Shown here: positions 51,101-60,935 of the stretch, piece by piece | Layout: each line of letters begins with the position of its first letter | Numbering within the stretch: the first letter of the stretch is position 1 | Source of the DNA: Octopus vulgaris | Taxonomy: Eukaryota | Length of the DNA: 64,000 bases | Direction of reading: 5' to 3' | Assembly (NCBI GenBank): GCA_951406725.2 | Contig: OX597816.1 | Location: forward strand, 159,960,001-160,024,000 | The notes under the pieces: model-generated | What the model was told of the DNA's origin: nothing | The model's database searches: none | What the model saw: only the letters and a program-made list of their open reading frames with translations | Made by a program: the position numbers and the translations under genes

Positions 51101-51205
51101 ACCTTTGCCACCAGAACCTCCTGAAGAAGAAGGTGGCATTGGTAAAGGGAACTGGGGTGCTTCCCCAATATGTTGATCTTTCTTTATTCCAAATAACCAA
51201 GACAT
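19341..51205 (-). CDS. ATAD3: ATPase family AAA domain-containing protein 3 (mitochondrial), whole 15-exon gene span; spliced CDS 1929 nt, 642 aa
   Basis: 15 exons joined by eye, all GT-AG with compatible phases. N-term [23 protein letters not shown], coiled coil, [26 protein letters not shown], Walker A GPPGTGKT, Walker [36 protein letters not shown]. Confidence 0.97.
21220..21328 (-). CDS. ATAD3: ATAD3 exon 14 (109 nt)
   Basis: TTGCAG|[36 protein letters not shown]|GTTAG. Confidence 0.95.
21600..22375 (+). mobile_element. Two consecutive RTE 3' UTR fragments in ATAD3 intron 13
   Basis: Tandem units; (GAT)n tails near 22023-22036 and 22366-22376. Confidence 0.8.
23914..24081 (-). CDS. ATAD3: ATAD3 exon 13 (168 nt)
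   Basis: TTTTCAG|[27 protein letters not shown]...VLKPATEGK(R)|GTAT. Confidence 0.96.
25641..25711 (-). CDS. ATAD3: ATAD3 exon 12 (71 nt)
   Basis: TCTAG|[23 protein letters not shown](K)|GTAAG. Confidence 0.95.
26144..26195 (-). CDS. ATAD3: ATAD3 exon 11 (52 nt, Walker B)
   Basis: TTTGTAG|[17 protein letters not shown]|GTAAG. Confidence 0.95.
26291..26861 (-). mobile_element. Mariner internal-deletion derivative
   Basis: TIRs TTGGGTTGTCCGGAAAGTTCATGCCGATTT; TA TSD; C-terminal transposase [23 protein letters not shown]. Confidence 0.92.
29298..29422 (-). CDS. ATAD3: ATAD3 exon 10 (125 nt)
   Basis: TTTCAG|[41 protein letters not shown](G)|GTAA. Confidence 0.96.
29798..30080. repeat. AT-rich fold-back (imperfect palindrome) in ATAD3 intron 9
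   Basis: TATTAATATTAGGAAATCAATATCAAAATC...AGAAAGATATACAC is mirrored by GTGTATATCTTTCT...GATATTGATTTCCTAATATTAATA. Confidence 0.8.
31020..31416 (+). mobile_element. RTE 3' UTR fragment with four tandem modules
   Basis: GTGGCAC-TAAAAGCACC modules and (GAT)n tail. Confidence 0.8.
31528..31880 (+). mobile_element. Non-autonomous Helitron, 3' end clipped
   Basis: Reverse complement of 41834-42190; 5' TC; subterminal hairpin CCTGAGCAACGCCGG; terminal CTAG missing. Confidence 0.8.
31981..32106 (-). CDS. ATAD3: ATAD3 exon 9 (126 nt, Walker A)
   Basis: AACAG|[42 protein letters not shown]|GTAA. Confidence 0.96.
32322..32541. mobile_element. piggyBac-type MITE
   Basis: TTAA|CCCTTTAGTATT ... AATGCTAAAGGG|TTAA; partial copies at 21430-21592 and 22380-22502. 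Confidence 0.8.
33758..33814 (-). CDS. ATAD3: ATAD3 exon 8 (57 nt)
   Basis: TTTTCCAG|[19 protein letters not shown]|GTAAG. Confidence 0.92.
34419..34574 (-). CDS. ATAD3: ATAD3 exon 7 (156 nt, transmembrane segment)
   Basis: TTTCTAG|[17 protein letters not shown]...[26 protein letters not shown]|GTAAG. Confidence 0.95.
36068..36137 (-). CDS. ATAD3: ATAD3 exon 6 (70 nt)
   Basis: CAAAG|(E)[23 protein letters not shown]|GTAAG. Confidence 0.93.
38033..38198 (-). CDS. ATAD3: ATAD3 exon 5 (166 nt)
   Basis: TTCTTCAG|(A)[14 protein letters not shown]...[29 protein letters not shown]|GTAAG. Confidence 0.94.
39431..39500 (-). CDS. ATAD3: ATAD3 exon 4 (70 nt)
   Basis: TTCTCAG|[23 protein letters not shown]|GTAAC. 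Confidence 0.93.
40605..40766 (-). CDS. ATAD3: ATAD3 exon 3 (162 nt)
   Basis: TTCTCAG|[10 protein letters not shown]...[20 protein letters not shown]|GTAA. Confidence 0.95.
41622..42364 (-). mobile_element. tRNA-derived SINE, family B (CORE-like), interrupted by the Helitron
   Basis: Head GGCGCAGGAGTGGCTGTGTGGTAAG...GGTTCAGTCCC, then CTTGGGCAAGTGTCTT; other copies at 1805(-), 18288, 19813, 26895(-), 36450(-), 37570, 48063(-), 53265(-) and 54190(-). Confidence 0.85.
41834..42190 (-). mobile_element. Complete non-autonomous Helitron nested in a family B SINE
   Basis: On the minus strand A|TC...CCCGAACAACGCCGGG hairpin-CGATACTG-CTAG|T; inserted between A and T with no TSD. Confidence 0.88.
42645..42686 (+). 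ncRNA. Decayed minimal hammerhead ribozyme motif
   Basis: CAC-CTGAAGA-A-GGCTG-loop-CAGTT-GAAA-TG-TA-GTG. Confidence 0.5.
42945..43855 (+). mobile_element. RTE 3' fragments (old ORF end, then a younger 3' UTR copy from 43500)
   Basis: [18 protein letters not shown]...DRDVWR; tandem units; (GAT)n tail at 43837-43856. Confidence 0.85.
44836..45401 (-). mobile_element. Mariner internal-deletion derivative (same family as 26291-26861)
   Basis: Same TIRs, [21 protein letters not shown] and the same deletion junction. Confidence 0.92.
45425..45501 (-). CDS. ATAD3: ATAD3 exon 2 (77 nt)
   Basis: TTTTTCTAG|(K)[25 protein letters not shown]|GTAT. Confidence 0.93.
45552..47207 (+). mobile_element. 5'-truncated RTE LINE with PHD-like finger, 7-module 3' array and (GAT)n tail; antisense in ATAD3 intron 1
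   Basis: ORF 45601-46386 ([47 protein letters not shown]). Confidence 0.93.
46621..47045 (+). repeat. 67-bp tandem array in the RTE 3' UTR
   Basis: Module starts at 46621, 46688, 46755, 46822, 46889, 46956 and 47018. Confidence 0.95.
48931..49125. mobile_element. pogo/Tigger-type MITE
   Basis: TA|CAGTAGATCCTGCTTTATA ... TATAAATCAGGGTCTACTG|TA. Confidence 0.75.
50995..51205 (-). CDS. ATAD3: ATAD3 coding exon 1 (211 nt)
   Basis: ATG at 51205; MSWLFGIKK...[21 protein letters not shown]; donor A|GTAAG, phase 1. Confidence 0.95.
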
Positions 51206-51360
51206 TGTGACATTAATATCTCAACTTAACACAAGTAAAATCGCCGGAGAAACCCCCTTAGTCTAATCACCAACGTGGTTTCTCACATGTGCTCTGATCG
51301 GCGACTAAACTGGGCGGTCGTTTTATTGGAGTGAGCTCCCTTGAATTCACTCGCTTCCGA
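51206..51360 (-). promoter_or_regulatory. Probable ATAD3 5' UTR / proximal promoter
   Basis: Locally CpG-richer segment just upstream of the ATG; GC box GGGCGG at 51312-51317 and CCAAT (minus strand) at 51325-51329. Confidence 0.45.
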
Positions 51361-52487
51361 GTACGTACACACACACGCACGCACATTCACGGACGCACGG
51401 ACGCACACACACTCAAACAGACTTGTTCACACACATATACAAAGATAACGCGACGCATATACATATGTGTACGAAAATACACCTAGACAAAGACAGCGGA
51501 CGTAAACACACCTACATAGACACATACGAATTAAACTATATATATATATTCGTATAAATTAACAACAGGATCTTAATTTGTTTTTAAATATTGTTTCAGA
51601 CATCATTCATTATCCTTGTTCAAAGAACATAATTTACAAAAGTAAACAATAAAAAAATTGAAAAAAACAAAACAAAAAAAAAACCGAAAAACAAACAAAA
51701 ACAACACAAAACAAATACGATAGTGAGGGAGGGGCAGAAATGATTACTGGGGCAAAATGAGTAATTTCTTATTTCTCTTCATTTTCTCCCTATCTGTTTG
51801 GAACCATTACATTGCAAGTATTGCATCATCATTTTGTATGGTTGCATCATCTTTGGGAATAAAAGTATAGCCAGCATAATTGTTACCGAAGGTGAGAGTT
51901 TGAAACAGTTAGGTGACAGGTATTCTTTTTTCAAGAAATTTTTCCTCAACTTTGATCCAATTGTAATTGAAGTGACCAATAAAATATTTTTGGTGCTCAA
52001 CAATAAATAGTCTTTTCTCTGTTGAATTCCAAGTCAGTTTTTTTTTTCTCATACTAATGTCTAATTTGGAGTTTTTCAATTTTCAAAAAAATGATGTCTA
52101 AACTGGGCCAAAAAAAGGAATGACTAATTTCAATAATTTCTTCTCCTTAACGGCATGGCACTTAAATAATAGGGAAGAGAGCCACTCCTGCAGCTCATAA
52201 AGAAACTTTAGAGAATATTTTATGTTGAGATTTTAGATTTAGTCGAATTTCTTTAATTTCATATCGTGTGCCATTTTTCCATGACTTTCTTTCATTTGTT
52301 CCAGATATTTAAAATTTTCGTTACATTTCTGATCTTTCTGAAATCTAAGAATGAATTCTTTCAAATTTACCTTATATTATCTTACTCATTTTACCCCACC
52401 TAAATTTGTCTTTTGCATGCTCAAAGAGAACGGAGATAATTTTCTGAAATAGCGTTCTGAATATGATATAGAGTTTTTAATGCATAA

Positions 52488-52902
52488 GGTGGCGAGCTGG
52501 CAGAAACGTTAGCACGCCGGGCGAAATGCTTAGCGGTATTTCGTCTGCCGCTACGTTCTGAGTTCAAATTCCGCTGAGGTCAACTTTGCCTTTCATCCTT
52601 TTGGGGTCGATTAAATAAGTACCAGTTATGCACTGGGGTTGATATAATCGACTTAATCCCTTTGTCTGTCCTTGTTTGTCCACTCTATGTTTAGCCCCTT
52701 GTGGGTAGTAAAGAAATAGGTATTTCGTCTGCCGTTACGTTCTGAGTTCAAATTCCGCCGAGGTTGATTTTGCCTTTCGTCCTTTCGGGGCCGATTAAAT
52801 AAGTACCAGTTATGCACTGGGGTCGATATAATCGACTTAATCCGTTTGTCTGTCCTTGTTTGTCCACTCTATGTTTAGCCCCTTGTGGGTAGTAAAGAAA
52901 TA
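52488..52902 (+). mobile_element. Family A SINE with duplicated 3' half, upstream of ATAD3
   Basis: Same head+body+body structure as 16289-16700; GATATAGAGTTTTTAATGCAT repeated on both flanks (about 52465-52485 and 52903-52923) as a probable TSD. Confidence 0.88.
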
Positions 52903-55892
52903 GATATAGAGTTTTTAATGCATTTTGAGAAGGTTTCAAAGTCAAAAATGCAGTAACTATTATTGTGTCCCAGTTACCAATAATGAAATTAGAACCATGC
53001 ACACCCTCTCAATTATGTATCTGGTAGTATTCAACTCTAAAAGATTTGAGACATTCGCAAAACACTCGTAGGGTTACTGTGGGTGATTTGGAGGCGAAAC
53101 ATTAAAACAACCAAGCACTTTCCTGAACATCATAGTGTGAGATAGAGCATTCACGAAGTCAAAGAATTTCTCGTTACCGGTCTAGCGGTACCTCTCAAAT
53201 GCCATAAGCTGAGAAATGTAATCTACCGAAAGATTACAGTATTGCAGTTTCTGTTGTGCTGTCTCTCTTTTTTACTTGTTTTAGTCATTTGACTGCGGCC
53301 ATGCTGGAGCACCGCCTTTAGTCGAGCAAATCGACCCCAGGACTTATTCTTTGGAAGCCTAGTACTTATACTATCGGTCTCTTTTGCCGAACAGCTAAGT
53401 TACGGGGACGTAAACACACCACCATCGGTTGTCAAGCAATGCTGGGTGGGGGGACACAGACACACAAACATATACACATACACAAATATATACATATACA
53501 TGACAGGCTTCTTCCAGTTTCCGTCTACCAAATCCACTCACAAGGCTTTGGTTGGTCTGAGGCTATAGTAGAAGACACATGCCCAAGGTGCCATGCAGTG
53601 GGACTGAACCCAGAACCATGTGGTTGGTAAGCAAGCTACTTACCACACAGACACTCCTGCGCCTATTACATTATTACATTTTGGCACATCTACACAAGTG
53701 TGCTCCCCATCACCGACTTGGTTTTCTCATAACTTCCAGTAAAATGGCTATTTTTTTAATGAAATTTTCTATTAATATGCTTTCATTTAGTGTAGATTCC
53801 GATGTTATCAGAATTATTTTTTTGTGAAAAACTTTTTCTGGGGCTGAGGAGATGAGTTTCGGAAAAGTCACTCGAGGCGACTTTGTTTCTTCATAACTTT
53901 CAGAAAAATGGGCATTTTTTAATGAAATTTTCTACAAATACCTTTCAGAGTGTGTAAATCGGAATTTAGCCTGTTTACCACGTCTACTCACAAGGCTTTG
54001 GTCGGCCCGAGATGATAGTAGAAGTCATTGCCTGAGGTCCCATGTGATTAGGAAGAAGCTCCTTTATTTTATGATATTGGCTATGGAAGCTGTACATAGA
54101 GGGGACAACACAAGGTGGGGACAAAAAAAAAAAACGAATTAAATATAATGAGAAATGGAATGAAGCCGTTCGGCCCTACACACATATATACATGACGGGC
54201 TTCTTTCAGTTTCCGTCTACCAAATCCACTCACGAGGCTTTGGTCGGCCTGAGGCTATAGCAGAAGGCACATGCCCAAGGTTTCACGCAGTGGGACTGAA
54301 CCCAGAATCATGTGGTTGGGAAGCAAGCTTCTTAACCCACAGCCACACCTGTGCCTAATTGAAAAAAGAAGGAAAATAGTGGGTTCGTACACACACATAC
54401 TGGCGCACATCACATTTGTGTAGGTATGCCTACATTTCTTTATTTCTCTCTTCTTCCCCTCACAAACACCAAATCTTCTAGTTAAAGCGTTTCATTGAAC
54501 TTCGGCATGTTGACTTTTAAGATAGGCGCAAAACTAAAATCGTACAATTTTGCATTCAAGTCCTTGACTGGAACCTTACTTTTATTGACCTCAGTGGGAA
54601 TCAAAGCAACGTTGACCCAGATTTTAAAGAAGGATAAATAAAGGTATAAGATAAAATACAACTATGAAATTCGACACTTCTTATCTCGTCCAACTCAGTT
54701 TAAGAGAGGAGCACCTCACAGTGGTCACTCAACCTGCTAGAAATAGCAGCTAAATCTCTCAAATCATCACTTCTGTCTTGGAGGAAGAAAAGAATACACA
54801 TTGGATAATAGAATCCGTTTTGAGGAGGATAAAAATAACTCGATTTAAAACAATTGGGGAGATTTTCATATTGAAACCACATCGATCTGGTTTGGCTGTT
54901 GGAACTGGATTTCCATTTGGCAATAGCCACTGCTTCCTATGTTTATTGTTGACATAGGCTATTCATTTCTCATCAGCTATTACAAGTGAAACCACCCTTT
55001 AATTGAAAACACATTGAAAAGTTTCATCGATCAAATTGTTTGTTTTTGAAAAACAACAACAAAAAACAAAACAAAAAAATACCGGGATTTTTATTAGCCT
55101 CGTTTACTAAACCACTAAGTTCAAGGACGCAAACAAACCAATACTGGTTGTCAAGCAATGGTAGAAGGAAAACACAAAATGTTACGTATTGAGCGAGGGA
55201 AGTCGCTAATGAAAATGTCAACACTTTAATAATTGGACTGAGTCATTAATCCAAAGACTGTGAAATGTCTCTGGTACAGTAAGTCTGTGCATGAACATCT
55301 TCATGTCCAAGGTTTTATTCAGATGCGTAACAAACGAACTCATACTATGAGCACACAATGTTCAATAAAGTTATCTGTGACTGAAGAAAAAGGTTCTGAA
55401 TATCTTGCCATGTTCCATGATGACAGTGAGAAAATAGGAAGAATTCAAACTACAAAAATTACTTTCAGACAAGCACTAGGCGTAGAATACCATAGCGAGT
55501 TGCTGGTAGGGCAGAATATCGAATAGGTGTGCTTGACTTTCTCTCCGAAAATGACCTTGTCGTGACTAAGGGAAGACAAAAATTCAATCGGAATACGCTC
55601 TTAAAGAGGGTATATGATTCTAATGCCCTCCTGTGTGACGTTTAGCAGTTACGCCTTGTATGCTAGCAAAGGATGTTCTAGAACACTCGACAGAGGAGAT
55701 AACTGTAGTTGACTCCCAACGAATATTTTGCGGGCTACGAACCTGCTTCAAATAGCGTTGCCTACACGAACATTCATTCATTCATACATACATACATACA
55801 TACATACATACATACATACATACATACATACATACATACATACGTACATACATACATACATACATACATGCATGCATGCACATATATATGTG

Positions 55893-55929
<37 letters not shown>

Positions 55930-56097
55930 TCTCCCACCCTTCCCTAGTCTTCTCTCTTTCCTCTTCACCGTTCCCTCTCACTCCTCCTCCTCGACTCTCT
56001 TGTCGCTTAGACATGTCGGAAGAGAATCTATCTTTCTGCTCACTATCTTCCTAAAGACAACACGTGCTTGGAATTTCTTTGAGTAATGTATATATAT

Positions 56098-56418
56098 ACA
56101 TTACTCAAAGAAATTCCAACTTTGATTTTTACATTTTATTTACAATCTTATAATGATATAAGAAAATATAATATATTGAAATAATAGAATAATGAATGTC
56201 TATTCAGATTTTGTAATTTACAACTGTTGTAAATTATAAAACATAATTGCCACCATTACTACATGAACCTGAAGATTGCATAGTTTAATGCATGAAAGTA
56301 CTAGTTCAATCAGAATGGATATTTAATATTCTATCATTTCATTATATCATATTATCTTATATTATTATAAGATTGTAAATAAAATGTGAAAATCAAAGTT
56401 CGAATTTCTTTGAGTAAT
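56098..56418. repeat. Fold-back element with a central hammerhead-like motif
   Basis: ATTACTCAAAGAAATTCCAACTTTGATTTTTACATTTTATTTACAATCTTATAAT mirrored at 56365-56418; motif at 56264-56308. Confidence 0.8.
56264..56308 (+). ncRNA. Minimal type I hammerhead ribozyme motif (10.1-11.1 mismatch)
   Basis: TGAAC-CTGAAGA-T-TGCAT-loop-ATGCA-T-GAAA-GTAC-TA-GTTCA. Confidence 0.6.
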
Positions 56419-56450
56419 ATATTCTTTTATACACAATCATACACACCAGC

Positions 56451-56524
<74 letters not shown>

Positions 56525-56529
<5 letters not shown>

Positions 56530-56845
56530 CAGTGTACATTTCAACACATCAGAAATGACCATAACAGGACATCTGACTCACTAGAAAGTGTAGTTAAACT
56601 AAAAACCACTAATTGTTGTAATTCTGAAAGGGAATGAAAAATAAAAACATTTACCCTATTTTCCTGGACTATGCATAGTTTCAAGCAATCTTTTGCAATA
56701 AAATAAAATAATAGGGTAAATGTTTTTATTTTTTATTCCCTTTCAGGATTACAACTATTAGTGGTTTGTAGTTTAACTACTCTTTCTAGCGAGTCAGATT
56801 TCCTGTTATGGCCATCTCTTATGTGTTTAAATGTACACTGTATTT
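56525..56845. repeat. Fold-back element; loop holds the 3' half of a hammerhead (minus strand)
   Basis: About 135-bp arms AAATACAGTGTACATTT... / ...AAATGTACACTGTATTT; minus-strand loop GCAA-AAGA-TTGC-TT-GAAA-CTATGCATAG-TC-CAGG. Confidence 0.8.
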
Positions 56846-56944
56846 TTATATGAATAATATATAGTCTATTGACTAATTTTTCTTCTAGCTAGATCACTGG
56901 TACCAAAGAATTTTTCTAAAATGTTTTTTCTACCCTAAGATTTA

Positions 56945-57000
<56 letters not shown>

Positions 57001-57130
57001 GCGTGTGTGTGTGTATATATATGCATGTATGTGTGTATATATATATATATATGTTTGTATGTATATGTGCGTGCATACATATATATATGTAGAAAAATAT
57101 ATACACGTGTGTATGTGTGTGTGTCTCTCT

Positions 57131-57220
<90 letters not shown>

Positions 57221-57615
57221 ATATATATATTGTTTGTAGAAAAACATAAATTTGGAGAAGCACACTCAAAGATGTAGAGCAGGTAATATTATAATATATA
57301 TTGGTAAAAACAGTAAGATAACAAAAGAAAGAAAGAGACCTCAATATTATGTAAATAGAGGAATTTATCTGTAAATATAATATGTGACAATATGTAAAAT
57401 GTAATATGTGAGGGTGGATGAATGTATGCGTACGCATGTGGGTGTTCGGACGCACATGTGTAGGTATGAACAGGCACGCTTACGCGTATACTATGAACTT
57501 TTTACCCCCTTTCCTTAATTAGCGGTCATTTAAATAGCGCTTTTGCCTAAATAGCGGTCAATAACACAATAATTTCCCTTTGTATAACGGTCATTTTTCA
57601 TAGTGTTTTTCCGAT

Positions 57616-57687
57616 GGCCGGATGACTGAAGAGATGGTGGAGTGGATTTCCACCTCGGCATCCGAAACTCAGAGTTTTATCTTGGCT
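57616..57687 (+). ncRNA. Type I hammerhead ribozyme candidate
   Basis: Stem I GGCC-GGATGA / TTATCT-T-GGCT; core CTGAAGA 57626-57632; stem II GATG-GTGGAG...TTCCAC-CATC; GAAA 57664-57667; stem III ACTC-A-GAGT; GUU site. Confidence 0.7.
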
Positions 57688-57737
57688 ACCGAATAATTGT
57701 CGCATACTACATTTACAGATATACATACATACATACA

Positions 57738-57809
<72 letters not shown>

Positions 57810-57883
57810 TATATATATATACACACACATACACATACATACGTACATACATATATATATATGTGTGTGTATATGTGTATATA

Positions 57884-57946
<63 letters not shown>

Positions 57947-58387
57947 GTGTGTGTGTGTAGTGGACTTCGTTTAGGCTTAGAATAGATTCGAACCTGAATC
58001 GGCAAATTTCCCATATTTCAACAACACTTTTCTCACTGCTCCTTATGTTTAGTGTTGACATAGGCTATCCATTTCTCATTACCTGTTACAAGTGAATTAA
58101 AAAAATGTGTTTGTTTATTCCTGATTAGGAAATTGTTGCAACTTCTTGAATGCCTGACTCTAATCTCGGTGCACAACTTAGGAGGTACGCACTTCCTTCG
58201 TCTAAACAGTTTCCCAATCTACATGAGAAAACCTTACACAATGGACCAGAGTTCATTAAGCCTTCAGGATAATTAAGCCCCGGTAATTGAATCAGATCCT
58301 CTTGTAGTATATAAGATTATTTTCTTGAAAATCCAGCACTTTTTGGTACCCCTAATTTAAACATACGTACATACATACATACATACA

Positions 58388-59564
58388 CCAAGTGTTGAAG
58401 TGCATCCCTTGACCAAGTTTGCATACATGAGGCTGATAACATCATGACTTGGAAGGCAGCTCTTGAGCAACACTCTTTGTCTGATAACCTAGAACACATG
58501 CCCAAAGAAGTTGCACGACTCTACCTGTATCATCAGATGAACGGATAAGCCTATATGAGCAGAAGAATATGCATGGATATGTAAGTAGAAAGCTCTGTGA
58601 TAATAGTAACATCGATCATCAAAGCAGTTTATTATCAACTAGTAGCCGGATTACTATCTTCCACTTTGAAACGTATGCGTTTGCAATCCAGGAACAGGAA
58701 ATATCAACCAAGTACCTGATGCACATAAGGGATAGAGATGCAGGAAAATCAATAAAATGTGACAACCGATGCAGACTTTGTAGAGTTCACACTGAAGATA
58801 TCGCCCACATCATAAGCAGTTGTCCGAAAATGTCACCACGGTATTATCTGCTGATGAGACATGATGTTGTAGCTAGGACAGTCTATAAGGAAATCCGTTG
58901 GAAGGATAAACCCGAGGACAAAGAAATAAGAATCCACAATATTGTAGAAGCCATAGCCACTCATAATAAAATTGTCCCAGTGAAGACCTCAATAAAATGT
59001 AAGCACAACAGACCTGATATAATGATTTGAGATAGAGAAGAGAAACTGTGCACAGTTGTGGAAATTTGCTGCCCAGCAGATGTTAACATAAAGCTGAATG
59101 TCAGTGAAAAAGAGAACACCTATGCTGAACTATTGAGAAATCTGCAGTTACTCTATTCAGATTGCAAGTCCAGGTTTACACCTGTAAATATTGGGACACT
59201 GGGATGTATAACACACCACCTAAATACCAATCTTGAGAAATTAGGCTTCTCAAAGCCAGAAAGGAGAGAGCTGATTGGAAGATTACAGATCCAATCTATC
59301 ACTGGAACTGTAAAAAATCTGTAAAACTTTTCTGAAGTTTATCATTTAAGTATGAATAGACATATGAGTATGTCCAGATATGCAAGTATATGCATAAGAA
59401 TACATACATAAAGCAAGACATATAAATCTGCACATATACATACATACACGCATGCAAAAATACCCTGTTGTTGATGATGGAATTGCAATGAAGGAGCCTT
59501 GGATCTAGGTTAGAAACCGGCTCTTTTTCTATTAGCAAGAAATCTTGAAATAAAACTGAATAAT
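58388..59564 (+). mobile_element. 3' part of a non-LTR retrotransposon with restriction-like endonuclease (R4/Dong-like), decayed
   Basis: CRLC...HIISSC CCHC knuckle, RHD motif, NRPDIMI*DRE...VEICCP (PD-(D/E)xK type), then a 3' UTR. Confidence 0.85.
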
Positions 59565-59666
59565 CACATACATGCATACATACATACATACACACACACA
59601 TATACATACATACATACATACATACATACATACATACATACATGCATACATACATACATGCATGCA

Positions 59667-60011
59667 TGCAAGTCCAGGTTTATACCTGTAAATATTGGTG
59701 TCCTAGGATATGTAACACACTGCCTAAATACCACTGGAACTATAAAAATCTGTAAAACTTTCCAGAAGTTTATCATTTAAATATATATGAGCATGTCTAG
59801 ATATGCAGCCATATACATAAGAATACATACATAAATCATACAAATCTGCACATACATACATACATACATACATACATACATGCATACATACATACATACA
59901 TACAAATGTACCCTGTTGTTGATATTGATATTCCAATGAGGAGCTTTGGATCTTGGTTAGAAACCGGCTCTATCTCTATTGGCAAGAAATCTTGAAATAA
60001 AACTGAATAAT
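59667..60011 (+). mobile_element. Second, internally deleted 3' end of the same RLE element
   Basis: Parallels 59163-59564; same terminus AAATCTTGAAATAAAACTGAATAAT. Confidence 0.85.
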
Positions 60012-60803
60012 GACATACATACAGTAATCCCTCGACTATCGTCGGTGTTACGTTCCAGAACCCACCATATTAGGTGAAAATCCGCGAATTAGAAACTGTA
60101 CTGTAAAGTATATATTTTATTATTTTTATAATTTGTATATATTTATTTTATTAGAAATGCAAAACACCACGGAAGAATCAATGTAAGCTTAAGTAATAAA
60201 CTGCGATATGGCAAAGGATACATACATACATACATACATACATACATACATACATACATACATACATACATACAAACGTACATATATAGGTAGGTATATA
60301 CAAATAGACACATATACATACATAGACGCATACATACAGACGCAATACATACAAGCACATACATATTTATATATACATACGTACACGAGTATTTATATAT
60401 ACATACGCACATTGACATACATACCTATACACGTATGTAAATACATACATATGCACATGCACACATACACATATGCATACAAAACACACACATTAAAATT
60501 TATAGCACAAATAATATTCAGGGGCAGAAGCATTAAGGAAAACTGAGGGTGTAATTATAAGAGTTACTTCCCTTAATACAATTACCTCCCTTACATTGGT
60601 AGCGCAAAAAAAAAAAAAATATCCACCTAATAATTATTTTTCACAATCGAACTGTACTCAATCCATTCTCTTTTTTAATCGTACCTCCTGACACTGGCAT
60701 AGATATCCAAGTTGAGACCCTTGTGATATACTTAGAAATATTACAGTATCGACAAATATTACAGAAATTCACTGAACGTGGAATGCTGTCTTCATTGGTG
60801 TGT

Positions 60804-60851
<48 letters not shown>

Positions 60852-60935
60852 ATGTGTGTCCGTGTATGCGCTCGCTCGAGTGAGTGAGTGTGCATGTGTT
60901 TGTAAGCATTAAAGCTTGTTTTTTATGTAATATTA

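Noticed and set aside
57990-58360. Possible gene in mariner-like scraps (LVTGNEKWI; also about 54860-55000)
   Set aside because: Short, heavily decayed transposase fragments without clear TIRs; boundaries not supportable
59480-59530. Hammerhead-like look in the RLE element 3' UTR (ATGAAGG-AGCCT...AGGTT-AGAAA-CCGG)
   Set aside because: Core does not match CUGANGA or a 3-8 compensated variant; no NUH in register and no stem I
55709-60546. Many ORFs rich in YI, HT and MYVC repeats (also 513-893)
   Set aside because: Translations of (TA)n, (CA)n and (TACA)n microsatellites
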